DNA of 55,969 bases from Proteromonas lacertae (GCA_002245135.1 NGBS01000607.1:62001-117969), one strand, 5' to 3'. Counted from the first letter of the stretch, positions 11,636 through 22,518 are shown. Made by a program: numbers and translations. The notes: generated by a model not told the origin, from the sequence alone.

Positions 11636-13012
11636 TTAAAAGTATTTACTAGCATATTCTACTTCGAAGTCATACTGTTTAGCCATTTTATCTAATTGAT
11701 CATAAGTGTATTTTGATCTTTCCTCTTCTGTCATATGAATTGGATGTTTAGTAACTCTAAATAGCGGTGCTACTCTTGGATTGTTTTGAACTATATTTTC
11801 TATATAGTGAGGATCACTTATATCAAGTACATTTCTAGTAGGAGCATTAACAACACTCCATTTTGGTTGAAAAGGTTGTGGACCTTCGAACATAGTTCCA
11901 ACAGTCTTAGTTTCAGGTGGAGGAGGAGGAAATGGTTTATAAACATCCGTTTGTGCATCTCTATATTGAGGAGGAGGATTCGTATTAGTTTCCTCTGTTC
12001 TATATTCTGGTCCTCTTGTAATTGGTTTAAAATCAACATTCTCTTGAGGACTTACACTAAATGTTCTTTGTGGAGGAGGTAAATCAACTGGAGGATTTAC
12101 CCAATGTTTCAATAACTGAGGTTCATCTGTTTGAGTATATCCAGATGTTTTTGATGGGAAATAATTCTTTGGTTCTATAAACATTTCTGATAATTTTCTT
12201 TCATTTACAAAAGAGGATATAGGAGTTTCTGATGTTCTTCCTAATGTTGGAATTGGAGTAGTAAATGTAGGTGTTTGTTGTACTGTAAGAGGTCTTTCTG
12301 GAGGAACAATATTGATTGAAGGATAAGGATTTTCAACTACTAGTTTATTGATCTTGATATTTTTTGAATTATCCTCATTTCTTTCATTTAAACCTATAAA
12401 CAAAATATAATATAAAAATTAAAAATTACTTTTTAAAAAACTACTTATATCCTTGTCTCCAACTCCATCTTTTAAAGGATCATAATTTAATCCTCCTGTA
12501 GGAATAGATTTGGGATCATACATTCTTGGTAATAAAGAATCTCTTATACTCCCTGTTCTTCCATAAGGAACACTTCTTGATAGAGGATCTGATGCACCAA
12601 ACATAAATCCTCCTTTCATCATCTTCAATTGATTTTCTAATCTTTGTTTTCCTAAATTTAATTTTATCATTTCTTGCTCTCTTTTGAAGATTTCATCTTT
12701 ATTATCCTCATTAACTGGTAGAGATTCCATTCCTTCATAGTCTGTTATTTTTTTATTAATATCTATTAAGTTGTTTTTCAGTTCATTTATTTTCTGTAAT
12801 TGGCTATCGAATTGCATTCCTTGTAAATGATCCAATCTAGATTGGTTAACATTGTATACTAATTCAGGAGCATCCATATCATATGCTAATCTCTTGAAGC
12901 TTTTATTTATTTTTCTTTTATACTTTCTTTTATGAGATCTCTTTCCTATTCTAGAAGATACTCTTTTTGCCAACTCAGTGATCAACTTATTAATAATATT
13001 TGATTTTTTCAT
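11636..13012 (-). CDS. Viral basic/Pro-rich putative core protein, ~446 aa, one 36-nt intron (12394-12429)
   Basis: ORFs 12419-13069 and 11636-12403 are in the same frame; the separating TAA lies inside GTAAT..TATAG; MKGG|F adenain-type site. Confidence 0.7.
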
Positions 13013-13052
13013 ATTACCCAAGAAAAACAAAAATGAATTAAAAATATAAATT

Positions 13053-13556
13053 TTAATAAAAAGGGGCAAAAGCTTCTTTACTAGGATCTATAATAATTCC
13101 GTTTATTTTTTCTACTTTAGCTTCTCCAATTGGAGCATTCTTTGGAGGATCCTTTAATTTGCTTTTATCAGAGGATTTCTTTTCTGTAATTTCCTCTTCA
13201 TCTGATCCTTCACTCTCCATTGACTTTTTTGATTCATCATCCTCATCCTCACTTGAACTTACTTCTACAACTTTCTTTTTAGGTGCAGTCTTTTTTGTCT
13301 TTTCCTTTTTTGCTTTTCGAGCTTTTTCTAAACTTTTAATCCTGTTCTTATATTGTTCTGATGTAAGCTTTCTCCTTGAAGCAGTAGATGCTGTTTGAAA
13401 TGCACTATTCAATCCTTGTAATTGACTAAGTATTTGTAAGTCTATTTGAGCACTTTTAGATAAATAGTCATCATCATCATAATAATCATCATAATACCCA
13501 TCGTCGTAATTCTGATAATATGATTGATTTCTATTGTTATTGTAATATGGATTCAT
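13053..13556 (-). CDS. Viral low-complexity protein (Y/D-rich, K-rich and acidic blocks)
   Basis: ORF MNPYYNNN.. Confidence 0.65.
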   Translation of the reverse strand: MNPYYNNNRNQSYYQNYDDGYYDDYYDDDDYLSKSAQIDLQILSQLQGLNSAFQTASTASRRKLTSEQYKNRIKSLEKARKAKKEKTKKTAPKKKVVEVSSSEDEDDESKKSMESEGSDEEEITEKKSSDKSKLKDPPKNAPIGEAKVEKINGIIIDPSKEAFAPFY

Positions 13557-13596
13557 TTTTATATAGAAAAACAAAAATAAAAATAATAATAAAAAT

Positions 13597-13998
13597 TTAA
13601 GAAGCGATTTTACTTAAAAGGAAATTATTTAATTTCATTGGTATACTAGTATGTGATCCTCCTTTTATACATACTGTACGATGTCTATGTCTTCTTACTC
13701 TACTGCCTCTTCTTCTACGTCTTCTACCTCCATTTACACCAAATCGAATTCCACCTCTTACTTTTCCTAATCCTAATACTTTCATTATATCCAAAGCTTT
13801 ACTTGCTACCTCAGTTACTTTACCTCTTCCTTTTTTTAATCCTCGAAACATTGTATTTGGTACTTCATGTCTTATAAGTTTACCCATCAAGCCAAACTTG
13901 AATCTTCCATTTGATCGTCCTCTTCGTCCTCTTCTTCTTCTTCTTGAAACGGATCTTCCTCTTCTATAACGACGTTTACGCCCACCTAAAATACTCAT
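13597..13998 (-). CDS. Arg-rich protamine-like viral core protein (adenovirus pVII/pX-like)
   Basis: Poly-R tracts separated by ILGG, VRGG, VNGG and IKGG motifs; divergent from the protease gene. Confidence 0.75.
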   Translation of the reverse strand: MSILGGRKRRYRRGRSVSRRRRRGRRGRSNGRFKFGLMGKLIRHEVPNTMFRGLKKGRGKVTEVASKALDIMKVLGLGKVRGGIRFGVNGGRRRRRRGSRVRRHRHRTVCIKGGSHTSIPMKLNNFLLSKIAS

Positions 13999-14073
13999 AT
14001 ATGATTGGTTATTTTCAAATATGAATAGAAAATTAAAAATGAATTCATTTCTCGTTTTCTTGCAATTTTTAGG

Positions 14074-14643
14074 ATGAAACTACGTTTATGCTTTACAAAT
14101 AATAGAGTATATGGTCATGGTGAAAAGTCTAAGAAACCATATGATATGGCTTTATCTAATTATGATATCCCCAAAGTAATAAAATCAAATTTTCCTGAAA
14201 TGTTAAGCAGATTTGGAGGAGTGTTTTTATGGGATGAAATTAAAAGTATTCCTAAACTGAATTTGAATAAGTGGGGTGTGATAATATGTACTTTAAAAAG
14301 AAAGGATCCTCCTGAAAAGATAGGTCATTGGGTAAGTTTAGTAATTGATAATGATAAGCATCAATTCCTTTATTATGATAGTTTTGGAGAAAAACCTGAA
14401 CATACAAAATCCTTTGTTAAGTATATAAAGCATCTTAAAGCAGATCCTCATCAGGATTATAAGTTAAAGATAAATGGAGTTGTAAATCAAAGGATAACAA
14501 CATCTACTTGTGGATATCATGCTATTTTATTTTTAAGAGATATTTTACTGCATAACTTATCATTTATTGATGCAACAAATTTCAATACAGTAAAAGGAGA
14601 GGAAAGAGCAAGATTATTAGCCAACAAGTTTAGAAAAATATAA
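14074..14643 (+). CDS. Adenain/Ulp1-like cysteine maturation protease
   Basis: GHWVSL (His), YYDSFG (Asp), NQRITTSTCGYHA (Gln, Cys). Confidence 0.93.
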   Translation: MKLRLCFTNNRVYGHGEKSKKPYDMALSNYDIPKVIKSNFPEMLSRFGGVFLWDEIKSIPKLNLNKWGVIICTLKRKDPPEKIGHWVSLVIDNDKHQFLYYDSFGEKPEHTKSFVKYIKHLKADPHQDYKLKINGVVNQRITTSTCGYHAILFLRDILLHNLSFIDATNFNTVKGEERARLLANKFRKI

Positions 14644-14652
14644 TAATAATAA

Positions 14653-17600
14653 TTAATGTTTTATTTTAACTCTTTTTATTGGTTCTTCATTTACATCTTC
14701 CTCATCAAAAACAGCTTCACTTCTTTTTCTTTTTTGTCTATTATCCTCTTCTGCAAATACATCTTGAGGTTGTATATTTTGATCATCTAAATCATCATCC
14801 TCATCTTCTTCATCCATCTGATCATTATTATCATCTTGAATGATATCTCCTTCATCATTATAATATATTCTTCTTTTTTTCTTTTCCTCTTCATCTTCAT
14901 CATTACTATCTACTCTTCCTCTTTTAAGTTTAACAGGATGAAAATCTTCATCTTCATTCTCTTCTTGTACTGGTGGTGGAGGAGGTGGTGGAGGAGGAGC
15001 TTGTTCTTCAGGAGGAGGATTATTACTATTACTATTATCTATAGCACTTTTGAAATCTTCATCTGTTTTTTGAGCTACTGTTTTCATCATTTCACTCTTA
15101 TCTAATTCTTTAGTATAATGAGCTTCTTGAGGCTGCCAATTTTTACTTACATCATTAGAAACATCTTGATCTACTTTAGCTATTTCCTCTGCATCTAAAT
15201 TTAATACTTCCTTTTTATCTATTGTCATTCTATTCTCTTCTGGGTTGATTTGATAGTCTCCAAAAACATTTTGTAAATAATCATTATTAACATTAACTGT
15301 TTCTCTATTCAGCTCATTGGGTTGTCTTGCACCTCCATAATATCCTCTTGCTATTCTCTCTAAAGGTTGTTGAATTCCTATATAATGTCTCCATACACCT
15401 TTTTCTGCATCAGACATATTTCTATACTTAGTTAAGAACACATCATAATACATATTTTGCAATTGATGTTCCGTATATCCTTTTGGTAACCACCCTGGAG
15501 GTGGTAAATACATTCTATTTACACCTAAATTTCTTCTCCAAATATATGGCCATTCAGTAGGTTGCATATTTGGTGGAACATTTACATCAATAATTGTCCA
15601 TTGAGGATTATTTGCAGGATCTATACCTGGTAACATTTCAAATATAGGATGATCTTCTGGAATATATGGTAATCTCATATACCTAAATAATGCAGTAACA
15701 GGAGCATTAGGATATCTATCACAAGTCCAATCTTCTATTCTTAATATATCTGGAACATATCTATAATATCTACCATCACCATCTTGTAAGTGAGGACAAT
15801 ACCATTGTCCACTTCCCCAACTACCTTGTCTATTTGCAGGTAAATTTTGCCAAGTATATCTAGCAGCACGATGTCTCATAACTTTTAACATTTCAGCACT
15901 AATTGGATTACCGTATTCTTTAAAATCTAAAGGGTTTTCTATAGGTCCAAAGTCACCTTTAATATTTCCATTTTCATCTAAATTTTTAAAAATAGGATCA
16001 CCATATGCTCTTGAGTGTCCTGGAACAGCTGCATCAGCACCAGGTTGTTTCCATACTTCATTATTTCTTGCATTTCCTTGAATATTATTATTTTGATTAA
16101 AGAAGACTTTATTTTCCCAATAAGGTGCTGTAATATTTTGTATATCAGTATGATTAGGATTATTTAATTCTGGAGGTCTCATATAAGGCATTACTTTATT
16201 TTGATTTTCTACATTTCCTCTAATTGCTCTATAATTTTCATCTGTATCTCTTCTCCATGGGTTTGCATGTAATTTACCAGGCATATTAATAAACTGTCTA
16301 CCTCCTAATTGAGCATCAACATATCTAGGAATTGTAGGATACCAATACCATGCTCCTCTATAAGTAGGAGATGCATTTTGAGCATTTCCAAAGTAAGGCC
16401 AATCTAAAGGATTTCCAATATATAGTCTTGGTTTAGGATAATTTTGAGGATTATCATTAACTGCTTTATCAGTTACTCTCATTGATCCATACAATCTGTG
16501 TGGATATCTTCTATATACTCTATCATCAAACAGATAATCTAAACTGAAATTAGGTATAGGTATAGGATTATTTACTCTATATCCTGGTTGTTGATGTACA
16601 TTTATATCTAAATTACTTATCATCTTTGTAATATATACTATCATTCCTACTTCTGTTTTTAAGATTGCATGCATAGCTAAAGTTGTCAATTCATTTTGAT
16701 CTTGAGCAAATATAAGTTTACATAAAAGAAATTTCCTTGCAAAGGATAAAAGTTTGTATTTAAGATAATGTATTTTTTCCTTTGTAGTAGCTGGAACATA
16801 ACGAGCATCTCTATTATTATTATTAGGAAGATGTTGTTGAGCATTATTCATATTTGTCCACCAATGTGGAGTCCACCAATTTTGTCCAAAATGATTTGCT
16901 TGGTCATCAAATTGAGCTTGTCTATTTCTATTTATATCCTGATCATTTACATTTCTTTGATTCCATTTTGCTCCTAATGCTCTTCCATATTCTGCAGTTC
17001 CTGGTATATTAAAATTATGATTTAATGTTTTCTCAATATCTATTCTTAATTGAGCAGGATCTCTTCTTTGTCGTTTTTGATTTAATTCTCTATTAGGAAA
17101 CAAACTTTCATAATATTCTCTTAAAGTTACTAAATGTCTAACCACCATATACATCATATTATGAATAGCATAACATGCTACATTCTTTTTTTCATTCAAA
17201 TAAGCATCTCGTTTCCATAATTTAATTGTAGGAACAAATACTTTATTAATAAATCTGTAAAATCTATCATATACTAATCCAAAATCTAATTTTCTGAAAA
17301 ATTCACTTCCGTAAGTACCAATCCTCAAATCCTCTACATAAGCATTATCACCATCTACTGGTTGTGCACCATCGAATCTGTAATGATCTAATTTTTGGTA
17401 TATATAAAAAAGCCAATAATTGCAGTCCGCCTGTCTCATAATTATTTTTTCTACTGCTTTTCTGTAATTATGCCAATCTTGTTTCGTTTGAAAAGTAGTT
17501 GGTACATAATTTATATGTGTGAATTGATTATCAATAGGATAAACTCCTGCATCTGAATTAGCCATGGTACTCTGTCTTAAAACAGTCAAAAAATCATTAC

Positions 17601-17916
17601 GAAATAATGAAGAATGTCCATTTGTAATACGAGGATCGAAAGGCTTTTTATTAGCATTTAAGAATATAGTTCTTTTATCAGTTGGTGCTTCATATAACCT
17701 TCCTCTATCACTTAAACCAGGTCCCATTGGCACTCTCTGCTGAACAGCTAAATACCTATTAGTAGTAGGTATATTACGTCCTCTTTGTGCTTTATAAGCA
17801 CTATTGATATTTGGAGGATTTTGATTTACAGGAGGATAATTATTAGGATCAGGAGGATCTATTGCATTATTTTGTATCATATATGGAAATCCTAGAACAT
17901 TACGACGAACAGCCAT
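14653..17916 (-). CDS. Large viral orphan (1087 aa; N/Q/P/W/Y-rich, acidic C-terminus)
   Basis: Uninterrupted 3.2-kb ORF with no recognisable motif. Confidence 0.85.
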   Translation of the reverse strand: MAVRRNVLGFPYMIQNNAIDPPDPNNYPPVNQNPPNINSAYKAQRGRNIPTTNRYLAVQQRVPMGPGLSDRGRLYEAPTDKRTIFLNANKKPFDPRITNGHSSLFRNDFLTVLRQSTMANSDAGVYPIDNQFTHINYVPTTFQTKQDWHNYRKAVEKIIMRQADCNYWLFYIYQKLDHYRFDGAQPVDGDNAYVEDLRIGTYGSEFFRKLDFGLVYDRFYRFINKVFVPTIKLWKRDAYLNEKKNVACYAIHNMMYMVVRHLVTLREYYESLFPNRELNQKRQRRDPAQLRIDIEKTLNHNFNIPGTAEYGRALGAKWNQRNVNDQDINRNRQAQFDDQANHFGQNWWTPHWWTNMNNAQQHLPNNNNRDARYVPATTKEKIHYLKYKLLSFARKFLLCKLIFAQDQNELTTLAMHAILKTEVGMIVYITKMISNLDINVHQQPGYRVNNPIPIPNFSLDYLFDDRVYRRYPHRLYGSMRVTDKAVNDNPQNYPKPRLYIGNPLDWPYFGNAQNASPTYRGAWYWYPTIPRYVDAQLGGRQFINMPGKLHANPWRRDTDENYRAIRGNVENQNKVMPYMRPPELNNPNHTDIQNITAPYWENKVFFNQNNNIQGNARNNEVWKQPGADAAVPGHSRAYGDPIFKNLDENGNIKGDFGPIENPLDFKEYGNPISAEMLKVMRHRAARYTWQNLPANRQGSWGSGQWYCPHLQDGDGRYYRYVPDILRIEDWTCDRYPNAPVTALFRYMRLPYIPEDHPIFEMLPGIDPANNPQWTIIDVNVPPNMQPTEWPYIWRRNLGVNRMYLPPPGWLPKGYTEHQLQNMYYDVFLTKYRNMSDAEKGVWRHYIGIQQPLERIARGYYGGARQPNELNRETVNVNNDYLQNVFGDYQINPEENRMTIDKKEVLNLDAEEIAKVDQDVSNDVSKNWQPQEAHYTKELDKSEMMKTVAQKTDEDFKSAIDNSNSNNPPPEEQAPPPPPPPPPVQEENEDEDFHPVKLKRGRVDSNDEDEEEKKKRRIYYNDEGDIIQDDNNDQMDEEDEDDDLDDQNIQPQDVFAEEDNRQKRKRSEAVFDEEDVNEEPIKRVKIKH

Positions 17917-17976
17917 TATGTTTCAAAAATAGTAAGAAATTGTTAAATAAATTCATTTTAAGATTTCTTTAAAATT

Positions 17977-18929
17977 ATGCAAAAGAAGAAAGATTTTAAT
18001 AATATTGAACGTAAGCTTATAGTAAATACAAAAGATTATGATCCCAAACTTCCTCATGATGAATACCATAGAACCATACGTGTTCCCAGCGTTGATGAAA
18101 GATACCATAATATTACATTATTGTCTGCATCGATTAGTAACACATTTCCAACAATCCAAAGAGACATTAATAACTACTTTAAAATCCATATGCATGGAGA
18201 AGAATACGATATAGAACCTACTACAGGAGAAATAAGACATTTACAAGCTATATCATATGATAAAAATATTTACATTCCTTTAGGATACTATACAGAAGAT
18301 GAAATCCTCTCTATTATAAATGAAGGATTTTTGAGAAGATTTTCTTATATTGAAGATGATATAATGGTACCAAACGAACAAATTGATCCTGCACAAGTTA
18401 TAAGTATTAATAGAAAGAATAAGTTACAGTTAGACTATAAGATAAAGTATGTATTTAAAGTAGGACCAGTACCTCAACCTCAAAATTTTTATGGGTAGAC
18501 AATATTTGGATGGAACTCCCTAATAATATATTCAAATTATTCGGTGAAGATCATAGAGATGAAAAAATAGTTTTGTGGAAAAAGAAATATGATGAAAGTG
18601 AAATAACTTTTGAAAAAGTAATTAAAGGGATTATTTCAGTTCCTCAAAGTTATGAATTTCCGTGTAGACCATCTTTAATATCAGTGAGTCAATTGCAGTT
18701 AAGATTTGATACTGTTAATCAGGATGAAGATTCTAATGTTTTGGCAAATATACCTATTGAAAGATTTGAGGAACCATTTATAGTTTATAATAATCCTAAT
18801 CCTAAATTAACTGCCAGAAGGATAGGTTATCATCAAAATGATTTAATAACAGTATCCCTTTCTCAGGAGGATGGATATGGAATTAGTTTGGATGAAGTAA
18901 CTTTATGTTTAGAAATCCTTATTTTTTAA
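17977..18929 (+). CDS. Minor capsid (penton, single jelly-roll) protein, split by a -1 frameshift near 18483-18490
   Basis: SASISNTFPTI..IPLGYYTEDEIL..LFG..VLANIPI..ITVSLSQEDG..LCLEI pattern; directly upstream of MCP; two ORFs in adjacent frames. Confidence 0.75.
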
Positions 18930-18973
18930 TTCTTTTATTATTCTAAAAATTCTTGTTGTTTTTAAATAACATA

Positions 18974-20329
18974 ATGTCATTATCAATTCCTACATCACAA
19001 AAATATTCAAGTGATATTCAAGTTTTTAAACCAGAGCAGCACTGGATACGTATTACTCCTAATCAAACAAGAGATGTTATTACTTTGCAGGAAAGTAATT
19101 CCTCCAACACTGTTACTTTTGAGTTATCTCCTGATAATTGTATTAATTTATCCCAATCTTATATGGAATGGGAACAAAAATTCTATTGGGATAAAGTAGA
19201 GGATCTTCAGAGTATAGAAAATCCTACTGTAATCCTCTTTAATACCTTCAATTTATCCACAATTAGAGTGTATAACATTACTGGTTCTTTAATATGTGAT
19301 TTGGATTTTCAGTATAATGATTACAGAGATATTGCAGCACAATTAGCTAAGAAAGTAATTATTGATGATAATTATTTTGATCAAAATAGTAAATTATTTA
19401 CTGGTATACATAAAGAATGGAATAACCAAGCAGGAAGATGGGAGATAAAAAATAGAACAGTAACTGGATTTAGTAGTGGTAATGTACCAACAAAAGATAT
19501 TCCTATGGAAGGTAATGCAAATATATGCAAAGTAAGAATGATATTAGGAGAATTATACAATACTATATTAAGTTTATCCAATGATATGTTCTTTGGAGAG
19601 AAGATTTTCATTCAATTTACTTTTGGACCTAGAGAGAAAACATGTATGGCAGAAAAAGCTGCAGGAAATCATGATATGATACAACCGAAAGTAGATTTAT
19701 TTAATTTAGAATTATATGCTTGTTACAATACTGATCCTGATTGTAATGCCAATACTTTAAATTGGGTATATCGTCATCCTATTGATTTTAATGATTTCAA
19801 TATTGTCCAAACAACAGTTACTAATTCAACAGCTACTAATCATTTTCAGTACAATTTTACAATTGATTCTAGTATTGGTCCTTATGTAAAGTATATATTA
19901 TATACTGCAGTAGATAATGATGGACAAATAGTATCTTTTGATCATCCTGATACTAGATTTAGATGGTTATTAAATGATTTTGTTTACACTCCAGATTTCT
20001 TATACGTAAACAATCAGGATTCTTATTACCAAATGCAAAAAATGCTTACAACAACCTATTTTGACCAATATAATACTAAACCATTCCCCAAAAAATTCAT
20101 TGAAATTTTGAAGTTTACTGCTGATAATAATTTGACTAACATTAAGTCCAGAGGAGGAAGACCATTAGACCAACAACTTAAAATAACCTTTGATTGTTAC
20201 AATATAAATTTTGGTCCAAAAAGAAAAAATGATTTACAACACGATATTACTTCAGTAACTCATCGATTCTATATCATCACAGGAAGAATTTTAGAAGTAG
20301 GAATGAGAGGAATCCAAAGGGTAATATAA
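18974..20329 (+). CDS. Major capsid protein (double jelly-roll)
   Basis: 451 aa, beta-rich; VTFEL..INLSQSYMEW resembles the Polinton MCP N-terminal motif; lies between mCP and ATPase. Confidence 0.8.
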   Translation: MSLSIPTSQKYSSDIQVFKPEQHWIRITPNQTRDVITLQESNSSNTVTFELSPDNCINLSQSYMEWEQKFYWDKVEDLQSIENPTVILFNTFNLSTIRVYNITGSLICDLDFQYNDYRDIAAQLAKKVIIDDNYFDQNSKLFTGIHKEWNNQAGRWEIKNRTVTGFSSGNVPTKDIPMEGNANICKVRMILGELYNTILSLSNDMFFGEKIFIQFTFGPREKTCMAEKAAGNHDMIQPKVDLFNLELYACYNTDPDCNANTLNWVYRHPIDFNDFNIVQTTVTNSTATNHFQYNFTIDSSIGPYVKYILYTAVDNDGQIVSFDHPDTRFRWLLNDFVYTPDFLYVNNQDSYYQMQKMLTTTYFDQYNTKPFPKKFIEILKFTADNNLTNIKSRGGRPLDQQLKITFDCYNINFGPKRKNDLQHDITSVTHRFYIITGRILEVGMRGIQRVI

Positions 20330-20376
20330 AAATTTTAAATTTTAAGTCATTCTTATATTTCTTACTGTTTTTTAAT

Positions 20377-20928
20377 ATGGGGTTATACTCGTTTAAATTA
20401 AAAGGCTCTCGGGGTACATCAAGTAAAAGAAGAAGAAGAAGAGGACGAAGAAGAAGATATAGAGGAGGAAATTGGTTAAAAGGAAAAGGTATTTTAAGTG
20501 GATTAGCAAAATTAATACCTTTTGCAGGTAATGCTATTTCTCATGTAATTGAGAAACAAGGATATGGTAGAAGAAGAAGAAGAAGACGATGCAGAGTAAG
20601 AGGAGGATCTTTTAAAGATGTTTTTGCAAAAATTCCCCAAAATAGAAGAAATCCTCCTTTAGCAAGATTAATAAGTCCACTTAAAGGAAATGATCCTAAA
20701 ACATGGGGTCCTCCAAGAACAGGAAAAGGTTTTGGTGATACAATTAAAAAGATAGGAAAGTATATGCATGATCATAAAGTATTAAGTAATGGAATTAAAA
20801 TAGCTAATTCAGTTTTAAATCCTTGGAGTACAGTTGCTAATATAGCATCTAAAGGATTGAGTAAAGTTGGTTTAGGTAGAAGAAGAAGAGGATGTATAAG
20901 GAGAAGAAGAACTAGACGTAGAAGATAA
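20377..20928 (+). CDS. Arg-rich core protein with amphipathic helices (pX/pVI-like)
   Basis: Three poly-R blocks, YRGG/LKGKG/VRGG sites, helix GILSGLAKLIPFAGNAISHVI. Confidence 0.75.
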   Translation: MGLYSFKLKGSRGTSSKRRRRRGRRRRYRGGNWLKGKGILSGLAKLIPFAGNAISHVIEKQGYGRRRRRRRCRVRGGSFKDVFAKIPQNRRNPPLARLISPLKGNDPKTWGPPRTGKGFGDTIKKIGKYMHDHKVLSNGIKIANSVLNPWSTVANIASKGLSKVGLGRRRRGCIRRRRTRRRR

Positions 20929-20971
20929 TTTCATTAAAATATTTCATTTTCTTTTTTCTTTTGTTTTGTGT

Positions 20972-21721
20972 ATGTATCGTATTAAAAAAATAAATAACAT
21001 ATCTGTAGAACCTTTGGAAAAGCCAAAGAAAAGAAAGAAGCCTTCGAAGAGTGTTTTAGGATATGAGTATTTTGAGGAACCTTTTAGTAATATTTTCATT
21101 GTAGCAAAAAAGAAATCTGGTAAGACAACTTTAATTTATAACATTTTGAAAAACATCTTATCCTCAGAGGAAGAACAAAAAGTATTCTTTTTTGTAAGTA
21201 CTTTAGATAATGATATTATATATGAAAAGATATTTCAATTATTAAAGTATAATGGTATTTACTATGAAAAATATGATTCCTTAATAAATGAAGAAGAAGG
21301 ATACAACAATTTACAAAAAGTAATGAAGGATTTGGATCCTGTAGATAAGAGTAATATGACGTATCCTGAAAATATATTCATCTTTGATGATATTTCCTCT
21401 GAATTGAAGATGCCTATTATTAATACAATTACTAAACATAATAGGCATTATAAATCCAAAACAATATTTAGTTCTCAGTATATAACAGATTTGTCTCCTC
21501 AAGCCAGATTGCAAATTGATTACTGTTTAGTTTTTAAAGGTTTAACTGAAGACAATTTAAGAAGATTGTATGAATCCTTGGAATTATGGCCAGATTCTTT
21601 TGAGGATTTTAAGAAAGTGTATAATGCAGTCGTTAATTCCTCTCCCTATGCTTTCCTCTATATAGATAGAGCTAAATCAGAGTTTAGGATAAATTTCGAT
21701 AAAGTATTGGAAGAAAAATAA
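20972..21721 (+). CDS. A32/FtsK-like DNA packaging ATPase
   Basis: Walker A IVAKKKSGKTT, Walker B IFIFDD, RHYKSKTIFSSQ motif. Confidence 0.93.
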   Translation: MYRIKKINNISVEPLEKPKKRKKPSKSVLGYEYFEEPFSNIFIVAKKKSGKTTLIYNILKNILSSEEEQKVFFFVSTLDNDIIYEKIFQLLKYNGIYYEKYDSLINEEEGYNNLQKVMKDLDPVDKSNMTYPENIFIFDDISSELKMPIINTITKHNRHYKSKTIFSSQYITDLSPQARLQIDYCLVFKGLTEDNLRRLYESLELWPDSFEDFKKVYNAVVNSSPYAFLYIDRAKSEFRINFDKVLEEK

Positions 21722-21750
21722 CTTTTAATTCATTTGCTATTTTCTTTGTA

Positions 21751-22452
21751 ATGTTGGGTAATAACATAAATAACACTCAAAAAATAATTGAAACAATTAG
21801 AGAGGAAGTGCAGGATGCTGCAGAAGATATCCTTATTAATATGCCGGATATTCAAACATTGGCTAGCAAGGATGATATTAAGGATGTTGTTAAAAAGATA
21901 GATCTCAACGCTGCTGTTAATGGTATATTAGAAATTTACGAGAATGTACTATTTACTAAATTAAAAGTAGGATTTCCATGGAAACTAGGTACTCAATTTA
22001 TTACTATGAATATATTAGCAACTTTTGATAATGATGTTTATGCATGTGGAAGAATGTTTCCTATACAAGTAGATTTTTATAATAATTTCATAATGCTAAA
22101 AATTTTAGCAGATCAACCATTATCATTTCAACAACCAGAATTTAATCAAATTGATTTTTATATGGATATAGGTGCATCAATGTCATGGCAAATTCCAAAT
22201 GATTTTTATAAAAGTAAATTTGATTCTTATTTTCAGTATATCAAACAAGATTTAGTATTTACGTTAACAGTTGTAGAAAAAGATACTAAAAATGTTACAG
22301 GGATTTACTTTTCTGAAAAGCCAGGACCTAAAGGAGTTGTTGATCATAAAGATTTTTGTTTTAAAGGTATGCCATACTGTAAACCCTTTTATATCCCAAA
22401 ACAATCTCAAATTATGAGAATAGGAAATACCTATTTGGGTGATAATTTTTAA
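21751..22452 (+). CDS. Viral orphan (233 aa): N-terminal coil + beta-rich C-terminus (possible fibre/spike)
   Basis: ATG ORF following the ATPase; function inferred from composition only. Confidence 0.65.
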   Translation: MLGNNINNTQKIIETIREEVQDAAEDILINMPDIQTLASKDDIKDVVKKIDLNAAVNGILEIYENVLFTKLKVGFPWKLGTQFITMNILATFDNDVYACGRMFPIQVDFYNNFIMLKILADQPLSFQQPEFNQIDFYMDIGASMSWQIPNDFYKSKFDSYFQYIKQDLVFTLTVVEKDTKNVTGIYFSEKPGPKGVVDHKDFCFKGMPYCKPFYIPKQSQIMRIGNTYLGDNF

Positions 22453-22518
22453 GTAATATTTCCTTATTATGATTTTTATTTATGGGGAAAAATAAAAACA
22501 TAAAAATAAAATTCGAAA

